This document shows positions 1-10,545 of a DNA stretch of 64,000 nt, in pieces (the first letter of the stretch is position 1; each line of letters begins with the position of its first letter). The position numbers were made by a program, and so were the translations under genes. This DNA comes from Leidyana gryllorum EB-2025a (taxonomy: Eukaryota > Protista > Apicomplexa): contig JBLWGC010000047.1 of the NCBI GenBank assembly GCA_048772705.1, forward strand, positions 124,001-188,000, written 5' to 3'. Under the pieces are notes generated by a model, which saw only the letters and a list, made by a program, of their open reading frames with translations, did not search any database and had not been told where the DNA came from.

Positions 1-1104
1 AGACCACTGCGGAGAAAAGCAAAGCAGCCACAGAGACGAGTACTGAAAAGCCAAAGGAAGCGTCAGAGACGAGTACTGAGAAGCCCAGTAGAACCAGCTG
101 GGCCGCAGGAATCACCTGGGGGGCCGCCAAGCCCACAACAGCCGCCGGGGGAACTGAGAAGCCTACAGGAGCCGGCTGGGGAGTCACGGTACCCGGCTGG
201 GGAACCGCAAAGCCCACAGAAGCCGCTGGGGACACCTCGAAACCCACGGGTACCAGCTGGGCCGCCGGAGTCACCTGGGGGGCCCCGAAGCCCACGGGGG
301 CCACCGAGGGAACCGAGAAACCCAAAGAAGCCACCGGAGAACAGGGAGCCGCAGAAGACGGGGCTGGGGCCTCATCGTCGTCTTCAAGTGCCCAGAAGGC
401 ACCCGAGCCAAAGAAGAGCGCCTTCTCTGAGTTACCGTTGAATTTCGGCAGTGGTGCCAGTAAGGGTTGGGGCACCCCATCGAATGCTGGGAAGGAGGGG
501 GAAACTCCGAATCACAAGGAGAATCAACGACCTTTCGGAGGCAGTCTGAGTCGTCTGGCCCCTGGAGGTGAGTGTTTGTTTATGCGTTTGGCGAATTATA
601 ATGGTGTGTTCCGGCGCAGACCCATTGGTGTTGGATGAGTCACAGATTGGAATGGGTGGAGGAGGTGACCGGCCAACGTCAAGTCGTCCCGAGAAGTTCC
701 TGGGTGAGGAGAATGAGGAGTTATTGGGAGTCGACTGGAACGCTGCTCTGATGAAATGTGTCAACACTGCCCCGCCAGACGCTACAAAGCCCGTATATAG
801 GTATAGGCCGCAAGGGCATGGCTGCTTCCGGGTGCTGAAGAGCACAAGAGGAGATGGGGGGACTCGTGTGGTGTTTCGGCAAGTGGGAACCTGGAAGGTG
901 TTGCTGAATAGTCCAGCTGAGGTACTGACAGGTTTGACAGCTCAAGATACCGCGGCTCACAATCATCTGCTCAAGTTTGGAGCCCTGGACACGTGTGCGG
1001 AAGGCGCTTCGTCGAGCACAGAACCTGTGTTTGCAATGTTTGCTGTGAGGTTCCCTGAACGAGCGAGTCGTGATGATATGCTGAAAGTGATCCAGAAACC
1101 GTGA
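1..1104 (+). CDS. 5'-truncated WG-repeat protein with C-terminal Ran-binding (RanBP1-type) domain; Nup50/Nup2-like nucleoporin candidate
   Basis: Frame 3 is open from base 3 (TTAEKSK...SWAAGITWGAAKPT...GWGVTVPGWGTAKPT...SWAAGVTWGAPKPT). An intron runs ~568-619. The last exon reads GEENEELL..AALMK..YRPQGHGCFRVLK..TRVVFRQVGTWKVLLN..FAVRF, matching the RanBD pattern (GEEDE..KL..W.ERG.G..K.L..R.VMR.....K...N..FA.RF). Confidence 0.65.
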
Positions 1105-1185
1105 CCCCTATTTTCATCATGTATGTGTGGTTGATGTGTAGCAAGATGCATAGTGACAAACGACTGAAACTGTCATTTAGCGCTT

Positions 1186-1506
1186 CTACCGGAGTCTGCG
1201 AGCTTCACGCTCATTCTCGAGAAGGCACAGAATATCGCCTGTGATACACAAAGATGAGATAATACACCCAAAACCTAAACCTCCAATCTTACCAGTCTTC
1301 ACGGGACCCTTGACGTTTCTCAAAAGAGATCTGCGGTCCTCCACACGCAGGAACTCAACACGAACTTGAGTGACATTGCCACGGGATCCAGTCCTGCCAA
1401 TAATCTGAGTAACCTTAGCCAAGGTCACACCCTCGTCAATGACGGGAGCGGCCTCAAAAGCGTCTGCGGCGTTGGTAGTGGCCTTCGCAGTAGTGCCCTT
1501 AGCCAT
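1186..1506 (-). CDS. RPS28: 40S ribosomal protein S28 (eS28), 2 exons
   Basis: [24 protein letters not shown]...RNVKGPVK / [20 protein letters not shown] at 1506; in-frame GT-AG intron ~1239-1292. Confidence 0.97.
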   Translation of the reverse strand: MAKGTTAKATTNAADAFEAAPVIDEGVTLAKVTQIIGRTGSRGNVTQVRVEFLRVEDRRSLLRNVKGPVKTGKIGGLGFGCIISSLCITGDILCLLENEREARRLR

Positions 1507-1583
1507 CTTGAGTCCGGGGTCAGGAATCAATCGAAAAAATTTGAAAACGACACAAATCTCAGAGCGGACAAAACAATGACCCC

Positions 1584-3605
1584 TTACTTCCGCTTCCACA
1601 CCACGTCTAGGGTCATCTGACCCCTCTCACGGACCTTTTTAGTCTCATTATGCCCCTCATCTCCACTGCTGTCGCTCAGTTCAATAACTGCCCGCTTTCG
1701 GCCCAAATTCTGACTTTCTTCTTTCATTTCAACTTGAGCTCCGAAATGGTCTGGAGAACACTCCATTATCTCAATAGACGACGACGCGGAAGAGCTCTCA
1801 CTCTCCTCTCCTCCATCTGCATTCTTTGGGCTCGTCATCACGTTTTTCGATGACCCCTCATTATCACCCGCTCCGGAGGCTTTCGTGAATAACAAAAGCG
1901 ATCCTCTCTCCAGAAAATGGCTCGCTGTTATCCCCAATCGATTTACCTCGCGCCCTCTCGTCTTCTTCTCCTCCTGCACTGCTCCATCGATTTGTCTTAA
2001 CAGAATTTTCATCGCTTGGGCCATAATCTGTTCCAACGCGGGCTTGAAACTCCCCAGATTCGACCTGCACAACCATTAAAGCTCACTTCCAGGCCGGTTT
2101 CGAACTCACGGAGGAACACTTGGGTCTCTATTTGCTTCATTGACCAACACTCCCAACGCGTGTGGCGCATTGAACACCGTAGATCCTGTCATCAGCATCT
2201 CAGTCCGACGCCATTTTATCGTCAGTTTCGAAGGCCGCCGACCATTGAAACGCCGACTGTCCTCACAAATCCGATGCAAACTATCTATCACCAACGGCTC
2301 CAGCGCTGTGTATATCTCTGTAGTGGCATTGATGGCCGGGAAAGACAGCTCAACCAGTATCGACTTCGGAGCACCCCGATCCACCACTCTGCCCGGATCT
2401 TGTCCTCTCACAATCTGACAGTACCATAAATGCTGGAGGTGATCACTGTAATTACCTTCGCCAACCACACACCCGTCTTCTCTCCCACTAACCCACACAA
2501 CTGCTCCTCAGCAAACACTTGTAGATCAGCCACCATTACATCGTCGATCTCTTTCCTGAGAACCTTCGCAAACTGGGCAGCCAGCAGTTGGCCCATCTGA
2601 CCTCTGGCAACGAAAGCATCGCTTCAAACCACCTTACATTCCCCTCACCTCAGTCCGTGAACTCTGGCAAGAGGCAACTCTTGAAGCACGCGTTCACGAG
2701 CAGCCGCGTCCCCAAGGGCTGTCAGACCTTTGGGTTTTCGCCACCCCACGATCACACTGACCACTCACGTGGATGGAAATGGCATAGCAGAACCTACCGG
2801 GCTAGCATTCCCGATTCTGCCACCCCTACACTGCAACTCAAACCGCGCATCGTCTTCCTAATATGCTCTTGGATGCTGCGAGCCAGATATATTGCGCAGA
2901 TCAGTTGCTAAGAGGTGGTTGTACGTGATTATCACAGCCTTCTGACCCTTCCACATACCCGGGAAAATCTTGAGGCCTCCTGAGGGAAGGCAGCCAGCTC
3001 TAGTTTGCTCGGCATCTCAACATCCTTCAACAACTCTGGACAACCGAGGGGCTGAACGCTACCGATGTGAAAGGGGCCATCCAGCCCCCAATCAATTTGC
3101 CGATCTAACAACCGCCGCTCAACTTCTTCAGTTACATCAATGCAGAAGTCGTCGATACTGTTCCGTTGAATCACGAAGCGCCCGTCGTATGCCCGTAGCT
3201 GCTTTTCAACTCTGTCAGAATCACATCTGGTCAACACCAGCATTACAAACCGAACCTCACTCTTGAGATACAAAACGGTTGTGAGGCATATCAACTGGGA
3301 CTATTACCAAACCCGGGCACCGCTTCAGACATTCGCCAATACTTCGTGGCCCTATTTTCTGTAAGCCGATGATTGTCACCGCGCTCTCTCACCCCTATCC
3401 CATCACCGCGCTTGATCTTCTTGTCACGCGCTTCGTACGATATAGCGATGAAACCCCCATTCTGCACCTGCTGTATTACTACAGGCTTCCCCACGAGTTC
3501 CGGTCGCCGGTATCGTTCAGCTAACAACCAATATCAGGCATTGGCGTCGCTTGTTAGACTACCTTGCACATAAAAGCAGTCCAGGTCCATGTACAGGAAC
3601 GGCAT
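1584..3605 (-). CDS. Y-family translesion DNA polymerase (eta/iota-like), multi-exon
   Basis: Exon 1 [14 protein letters not shown] (motif I), then [30 protein letters not shown] and catalytic SIDD. C-terminal PIP/NLS-like [11 protein letters not shown]. Confidence 0.88.
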
Positions 3606-3671
3606 TATCCGCGTGTGGTGTTCGATACTCGGAGACACACACTTATCGCGCACTTCAGATTACTTGTCAAG

Positions 3672-4733
3672 ATGCGGCTCACTTCGATATTGCTTTTCAC
3701 CTACATTGCCCAAGTCTTTTGCGCCCCAGAGGATCCTTCTGAAGTACCCGAAATAGCTCAGCGGGAATCCGAAGATGGTGAGGAGGAAAATCAAGAAGGA
3801 GCTCCCCGACCCGAACCCGGCAGTCCGCCGCCTGGCGAAGGTGCCGAATATGATATGACACCGTTCGAAAGCCTTATCAAGCGGTGTGATGGCTGGGAGT
3901 TCCCGGACGAAGCATTCAAAGCTCAGCCGGACAACAAGAAGGTCTACCTCAAGGTTGCCAAAACTGCTGACAGCCCGTTCGCCGAACAGAACTTGACCAA
4001 GTTTGCTAGCGTCTTTGGAATCAGAATTATTGCTGATGAGGACGTTGAGGACAAGAAGGTGGAGCATGTCGCCAATACCTTGGCAAAGGTTATTGACGCT
4101 GACGCTGACGGCAAACCCGACAATGAAAAGCTGAACACCGAGCTTCTGACCTTCCATCCCATCCTTTTTGTCATCTCGGATGGTGAGAAGATCATGTCAT
4201 TGATGAATGCTCAAGAGCCTGAAGAAGGATTCCCCATGGAGCTCAAGTTCTGCCCTTTCGCATTCGATTTTGAAGAAGCCGGCAAGATTGTACCTGGCGG
4301 ACCCCGTGGAGATGCAACTTGCGAGCCCGAAGAAGGCGCCGTGAACACGAATGATCGCACCCTTGCTTTTGTATTGGATCATCTGATGGGTCGCGGATTC
4401 GGGCAAGTCTTATCGGCTGAGCAACAGAAGAAGCTCGATGAAATCTACAAGAGCAGTCTGGACGCCGGTACTTTCGAACCTGAGAATACTGGCTGTCCCC
4501 AGGGTTCGGATGATTGCGGACGAGTTATGCTTGCTAGCTGGGGGCTGAGCACTCTGCTCGGCTTCGACACCTGCTGGTGCGAGAATGCTCATGCCCTCAA
4601 GTTCTGTGATCCCGAGTCATTGAAGAAGGGGGAATCCGACCTGGTGGAGTTGCTCGGCGACCTCTTCCCGGATGCGGCGAAGGCGGACGACAAACCCTAT
4701 TCCCCCAAGGACAAGAGTGTCATAGCGAAGTAA
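3672..4733 (+). CDS. Secreted acidic protein, intronless, resembling bacterial zincin-like hypothetical proteins with a degenerate metal motif
   Basis: Signal peptide MRLTSILLFTYIAQVFCA. Core TKFASVFGIRIIADEDVEDKKVEHVANTLAKVIDADADGKPDN contains an EF-hand-like DxDxDG loop. Several Cys. Confidence 0.75.
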   Translation: MRLTSILLFTYIAQVFCAPEDPSEVPEIAQRESEDGEEENQEGAPRPEPGSPPPGEGAEYDMTPFESLIKRCDGWEFPDEAFKAQPDNKKVYLKVAKTADSPFAEQNLTKFASVFGIRIIADEDVEDKKVEHVANTLAKVIDADADGKPDNEKLNTELLTFHPILFVISDGEKIMSLMNAQEPEEGFPMELKFCPFAFDFEEAGKIVPGGPRGDATCEPEEGAVNTNDRTLAFVLDHLMGRGFGQVLSAEQQKKLDEIYKSSLDAGTFEPENTGCPQGSDDCGRVMLASWGLSTLLGFDTCWCENAHALKFCDPESLKKGESDLVELLGDLFPDAAKADDKPYSPKDKSVIAK

Positions 4734-4881
4734 GGAATTACAGAGCGTCTTTTTGTGACAAGATCGAATGCATTGAATGTATACAACACTAAGAATGTGA
4801 AGTTAATTGTATAAGTATCCGATACGAAGAAAATATTATATGGTTTTGTCGCCAATTGGCATAAACCAAAAATCAGTACGA

Positions 4882-5646
4882 TCAGATGTTCCCAGCAGCA
4901 AGTCCGATGATTGAATTGAGGGGGTTACCCAGGAGGCCTTGGAGGCCAGCGCCCGAGGGCATGACGCCAGCAGCGGCGAGTAGACCATCCTGGGTAGGGT
5001 TGTGTTGATTGACGGCAGTAGCCAATTTGTCGAATGCACCAGCGAAAGCCATTTCTCCAGCACGTACAGCTCCATTGGCGGCACCAGCAGCTTGGGCGGC
5101 GGCTCTTCTGGCTTCTTCGTGGAGGCCACGAGCGGCGTCTAGGCCAGCTCCGAGGGTGTTGGTGCCAAGAGCGACCGAGCTATCAACGAAGCCAGCGGCT
5201 CTGCTAGTGGCTCTATCGAGCACGGAACGGCTGCGTTGGGCGACCCCCTGAGCAATCTGCTCTACCGTATCCAAACTTGAGTCAGCGACATTGCGTGTGC
5301 GGTCGACAAAGTCTCCGACAGATCTTTGAACGTTCTGTGCCCCGCCAACAGCGGCTCCTGCAATGGGTGCAGCTGAGCCTCCCACGAAGTTGCTGAGGAG
5401 GTCTCTTGGCATGCTCAGGATGCCTCCCAAGCCGGAATCCATGAGGCCTTTGGGCAAGAAGCTGCCAATGACATTGGGGGGGGCTTCAGCTGCGAGTTTG
5501 CGAGGAGTAGCCTGTCGGGTCTTGCGGAGGGGGCCGGAGGGGGTGGCGGCCTTTCCCTGCCCAGAGGCTTTGCGTCCGTGGCCCTTGAGGCCAGCTTCAG
5601 CACCAGAAATAAGAGCGACGAAACAGAGGCAAGTGGTGAACTTCAT
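4882..5646 (-). CDS. Secreted Ala/Gly-rich amphipathic-helical protein, intronless, function unknown
   Basis: 254-aa ORF with signal peptide MKFTTCLCFVALISGAEA, a basic pro-region ending PRKL, then an A/G/V/D/R-rich helical body. Confidence 0.75.
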   Translation of the reverse strand: MKFTTCLCFVALISGAEAGLKGHGRKASGQGKAATPSGPLRKTRQATPRKLAAEAPPNVIGSFLPKGLMDSGLGGILSMPRDLLSNFVGGSAAPIAGAAVGGAQNVQRSVGDFVDRTRNVADSSLDTVEQIAQGVAQRSRSVLDRATSRAAGFVDSSVALGTNTLGAGLDAARGLHEEARRAAAQAAGAANGAVRAGEMAFAGAFDKLATAVNQHNPTQDGLLAAAGVMPSGAGLQGLLGNPLNSIIGLAAGNI

Positions 5647-5765
5647 CGTCAGCTAGGGAACAGTAAAGTGTAATTAGGGGCGAAGGGGAAGTGAGTGTTG
5701 TTTGTCACGACGATATTGAATAAGCAGCGAGGAAAACGTATATATACGATATTGACACACATTGG

Positions 5766-7095
5766 TCAAATTGGGGCAACAGACAGGAGGCAGCCGAGTG
5801 CCCCTAAATAACCATCATGTCTGAGAAAGAGTGCCTCCTGCTTCACTTTGCGACATCTATGATTAGATTTTTGTAACTGGGCGACGAATCGATCAAACTT
5901 GGGTGCCCGGAAGTCTCCGTCTTCGCCCGGATCGACCTCGCTGGAAGACTGAAAGGCTTCGTGAATGTTAGCGTCGTGCCCATACATCGTGTAGAAGACC
6001 ATAGCTTGTGTGATGGTTTGCATAGTAAATGCGTGTCCGTGGATATACTTGCCCCCAAAGATGACCCTGTCAGTCTGATGGACGGCCGAGAGTAGAGAAG
6101 CTAAGTATCCTAGATTATAGGAGACCATTTTGATGGCAGAACGTGCGATATCTTCAGGCTTGGGATTAACAATCGCCTTTTGACGAGTACTCTCGACGTA
6201 TAGTCGACCGAAGCTGCTCCCCAAAGTGTCAGGAGGCAGCTTTCGGCTTCCCGCTGTATCGCCAACGAGATCTGCCACAGTCAAGTCCAGCTTGTCGCTC
6301 CCTGTTGAAAGAAATACTTGTGCACCACCATGGGCTCATAAATTCAACTCACCTTTTTCTGACAAGGACACCACCTCGTCAAAAGATGCAGCGCCGAAGC
6401 ATAATTTGCTCAAGCCCAGAACCGTGCCTCCACCTATACAGGTACCGGATACTCGGGTAAATCTTTGGGGGGCTGTTGCCTGATGGGTTGACGGAGTATG
6501 AAGGTCAGTGTCCCCCATGGTCAGCCTACCTTCAGAATGGAGACACCCGACCCGATATTAACGAGTAAGAAAGGATATACATTCGAGGGCTGGTGGAAAT
6601 CATGTGTGTGTGTGTGTGGGCGGCGGGAAGGCGCGGGAGCGGCCGAAAGTTACTTACCGCAATCGAGCGTTCGCATTTGATCTTGCGGGTTAAATCGTAG
6701 TAGAAAGCTTCGTTTCCGAGACTAAGGACGTATTCCGCGCCACCACATACCGCCGAAAGTTCTTCGACTTTGACTACTTGGCAATCGAGTTTAGTGGTGA
6801 GGTAGTCGAACAATCGGTGAGCACCGCCACCGCTGACTCGGAGTCTACGGGACTCGGGCAGCAGATTGTGATTGAGTATAAACTGAATCAGTCTGTCGGG
6901 GGTCCGGGTGGGGAACCAACGGAATGAAACGTTGTATTTTGTTCCATTATGGGTGAACTTGATTGGAGGACAGTCACAGTTGGTAGAGGTTGGAACCGAG
7001 CTATTAAGACAAGGTTCGACATATGCAACTTTAGCTAAAGTACCACCAATGTCTATACCCACGCGATGTTGAAGCAAGACATCCTCAACACTCAT
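5766..7095 (-). CDS. PANK: Type II pantothenate kinase (fumble family), multi-exon
   Basis: GIDIGGTLAKVAY, SGGGAH, LVNIGSGVSILKV, RVSGTCIGGGT, DLTVADL, SSFG, FLRHDGYLGALG. Confidence 0.93.
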
Positions 7096-7117
7096 TTTCT
7101 CAATTGTATGTAGACTT

Positions 7118-7899
7118 TCAGGCTTCATCATCAGTAGGAATGCGAATTGAATTGATGCCGGTATCGATAGCGCCTGCGAAAGAAGGGATTGTGATAAATT
7201 GTGATCGATTGTACTCACCAACACCGCGCCAAGACGCGCGTTTCTTCTTGGCCTTTTCAGACCGGAAGTCTTTTCCTTTCACTCTTATCATTTCTTCAGC
7301 GGCTTTGGAGGCCCATGTGTCCCCTCCCTTTGCCCAAAAGGAGTTATCCAGTTTACGTTCAGCAGCTTTCTGGCCCCAATAGTCCAAATCTATCCGCTGC
7401 AGGGGGGCCTTGGAGGAGGCATTCTCAGTCTCTGGGGCCTCGGTGGGAGCATCCTTTTCTCTCTTAGCCTCTTTAGAAGCCTTCTTCTCTTCCTTTTTCT
7501 TCTTCTTGGACGCTGCTTTGTCCGTCACCTCGTCGTCCTGAGCGGTTTCTGAGCGTTTGCGTTTACGGTCTTTCTTCTTCTCAGACTTGGCGCTGGAAGA
7601 GTCTGCTGTTGGTTGGGAACTCTTGTTAGTCTCATGGCGACGGACTGCGACGCTGTTAGCGCGCTGTTCCCTCTCCACTTCCACTGCCAACCGCTCAAAC
7701 AGTGGAGTCAGTGATATCGGACATTCTTCTCCGACCTGGAATAAAACAGTTTGGAACGAGCCAACGCCTCGACGACTCAATTTACCTGTGTTTCCTTGTG
7801 CAGGGCCTTCGCCGACTTCTTAAGGCCGTGTTCCCGGAGATATTTGTGCAGAGCCGATGCCACACAGACCGGGATTGGCCCGTCCTGGTGCTTACCCAT
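7118..7899 (-). CDS. Srp40/Nopp140-like nucleolar protein (N-terminal LisH, C-terminal SRP40_C domain)
   Basis: Exon 1 MGKHQDGPIPVCVASALHKYLREHGLKKSAKALHKE is LisH-like. C-terminus LDNSFWAKGGDTWASKAAEEMIRVKGKDFRSEKAKKKRASWRG..IDTGINSI. Confidence 0.88.
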
Positions 7900-7963
7900 C
7901 GCTTTTTTTTGAACAAGGACTTTGCATGTTGGAGGTTTTTGAGGTGGCGCACAACTGACACCA

Positions 7964-10436
7964 ATGGGAGCCTGCGCAGCGAAGGGAGGTCAAACCCTAA
8001 AAGAATCCACTCGGACCTCTGAAGCGCCGCTCCCTGCCAGTCCGATCACTCAGAGTCCGGGCAAGGGCGATGATTCAGCGTCCACCACTGATGCCATGAA
8101 AAGATCTGTGAGTGGAGAAGTTTGGAACGACGAAGATGCTCCGGTCGAAGCTTCCAAAGAGACTGATCGCCAGTCTTACGGACCGGAAGGCGAGTCGAAG
8201 GTTGCTCAGAAGCGGCGTAGACGCCTTTCTGTATCCACTGTTGAGTCCAAGCCCCCCAAGGCTGCAATGCAATGCGGAGAATTAGGTGGTCCAGCAGTAG
8301 ATGCTCAAGTAAGCCATCCGATCGATCTTACAATCGACCCTCTGATCTGATCCCGGACTCACTCCTCCCTTCCTCCATCCACCTTGCAATCCGCGTCCCA
8401 ACCCTACCGTAATCCTTGTCCTAACGCTACCGTAAACCTTACTCTTTGACTCTAACCCACTTGGGGCACCACATGCACACTAGATATACACACGTGTGTG
8501 TCTCGGTACTACGCTGTTCTGCCAATCGGCCGGTGAACGCCGCCAGTAAGGTGACGGTTGTGGCTGTCGGTTCACCCTGTTTCTTGAATGTCTCAACGTG
8601 TACCTTCCTAACTCCGGCGTGCTCCGCTGTTACTGGTTGCGTACAAACGCCCGCGGTGATCTCTGCTCTCCCGTTGTAGCTGTGTTGCATCTCGCCGTCG
8701 TTGCGAATATGCTGCGCTGGTTATGCTTCATGTCCTCAGGGTCAACAGACGATTAGAACGAAGATTACCAAATTCAATGACCCCGCTCTTGAGTTGGTAG
8801 ACCGGAGCAAAGGAGCAGTTCGCGAGGTTACCTTACGTATGTTAAAGGAGCTCTTCCCTCAGGCTGAACACTACGCCGTATTTGGTAGCCCTTCCTATGA
8901 CATTCAGCGCGGTTTCGATGTAAGTATGCGAGAGAGCACGATGGTGAAGTGCCACTCCTCTCTTAGAATAAGGTAGCGGAGATTGGCGGCGTGATGCCCC
9001 CAGGCAAGACTTTGCGTGACATTGGCGTGGGCTATGCCTGCAAGAAGGGTTTGAAGCCCGAAAGTCCGAACCAGGATGACTTCTTCATTATGAGAGTGGA
9101 TGACTGGGCGATGTACGGCGTTTTTGATGGTCATGGGCCTTGCGGTCATGACGTCTCCGCCTTTGTGCACAAGACTCTCCCATTCCTAATTGTATCTGAC
9201 CCCCTATTCGAAGAAGATCTCCCTGCAACACTACGGAGAGCATTCTGGCGGGTAGGTGACGTCTTGCCCTTCTTGTTCTGCGGCCGACATGGCTTCTTTG
9301 CCTTACACAGGTGCATCACCTCATTGAAGCTGCCGCCGAACAACCCGGAAGCAACTTGGATGTCGCGTTGAGCGGCACTACAGCGACAGTCGTAGTCCAT
9401 CGGGACAATAAGTTATACGTGGCCCATGTTGGCGATTCCCGATCGGTCATTGCCCAGCGGAAAGATGGTGAGTGGCGTGAAAGTGAAGTACGCTTCAGAC
9501 TCTGTCCGTCCCTCAGGCCGGTTCGCGGCAATAAACTTGACAATTGACCACAAGCCTACGAAAACGGAGGAGAAAGCCCGAATAGAGGCTTCAGGGGGAG
9601 AGGTCCGACGCTTGGAGGGCGACATTCCTCATCGTGTTTTCGTCAAGAATCGAATGTATCCAGGTAAGTTGCAATTTCTGGCTTGCAGTTACCGCCCTCG
9701 CAGGATTAGCAATGTCACGCGCAATTGGCGACATCGTTGGCGTGGCTGTGGGCGTTACACCGGATCCCGACATAAAGTGAGTAATCGACTTGATGGGGAA
9801 AAGGGGCGGAAGAAGCGCGGGCGTAACGGTCACAGGCACAGGCAATGTGCGTGCGCCCTGATGACGGGTGGTGCCGGGCGTCAGGTGATAGAAGGCCCGT
9901 TGGATGAGCGCCAAACTCGTCGCACACGTTTGCTGCTTACAGTTGCCCGCACTCTGGGCGACCACATCTGACCCGAATGGCGCTTTGTTTCCAATACTGA
10001 CCGCAGGACCTGGGAGATAACCCCTCAAGACAAGTTTTTCATTATCGCCACAGACGGTGTGTGGGAGTTCATAAGTTCCCAAGAGGCCGTTGAGATAGTG
10101 GGACAGAAGCGCCACCAGCAGGTGAATGAAGGAGCTGGTAAGTAGTAGGTGTGGGGGATGCTAGAAATGGATCGTGTGGCGGCAGAGTTGTTGGCCTATG
10201 AGTCGTGGAGGCGGTGGGTGGAAGAGGAGGAAAACGTTGTGGATGATGTAACATGTATTGTGGTGTGGCTCGATCATCACTCGGGACCTGATACACTGGC
10301 ACCAGCGTCCCCTGTGCCTCGACCTGGCGGGCCCCGTAAGAGCGTCCAAGTGGATAGCCCTGCAGCAGTGAATCCGCGCCAATTGAGGTCGCATAGACGA
10401 GCGAACTCCGTGCAGCACCGTCGACCGAAGGAGTGA
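7964..10436 (+). CDS. PP2C/PPM protein phosphatase with N-terminal acylation motif, multi-exon
   Basis: MGAC N-terminus. CKKGLKPESPNQDDF, GVFDGHG, SGTTA, AHVGDSR, DHKP..EKARI, LAMSRAIGD, ATDGVWEF, DDVTCIVV. Confidence 0.93.
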
Positions 10437-10545
10437 ACCTTTTCTGTGGCTGTGGGTGTATGTACAGTTGGTCTAGGCCGGCCCAAAAATACGTTGGTGT
10501 GTTCACACACAGCCTCACCGTCCACACCCGCTGCTTTGAGCAACC

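Noticed and set aside
1500-1511. TAGCCATCTTG matches part of the Perkinsus spliced leader; a similar short match lies at ~13264
   Set aside because: Only 10-11 nt, and the first is simply the reverse complement of the RPS28 start context. Not an SL gene or convincing relic.
7096-7224. Signal- or transit-like N-terminal extension of pantothenate kinase in the ORF track
   Set aside because: It begins at a non-ATG codon inside the Srp40 gene's last intron and exon. The ATG at 7095 fits the domain start, although an ATG at ~7134 cannot be excluded.
9857-9885. Resemblance to the TPP riboswitch P4/P5 arm (CCUGAU...CCG..CGU.AGG)
   Set aside because: No UGAGA pyrimidine-sensor motif upstream and no UAAU loop. 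The host gene is unrelated to thiamine.
9851-9925. Type I hammerhead ribozyme-like layout (stem, CTGATGA, stem II, stem III, GTC, stem)
   Set aside because: The invariant GAAA is replaced by TTGGA and stem I is not flush with the core, so it is not a credible active hammerhead.
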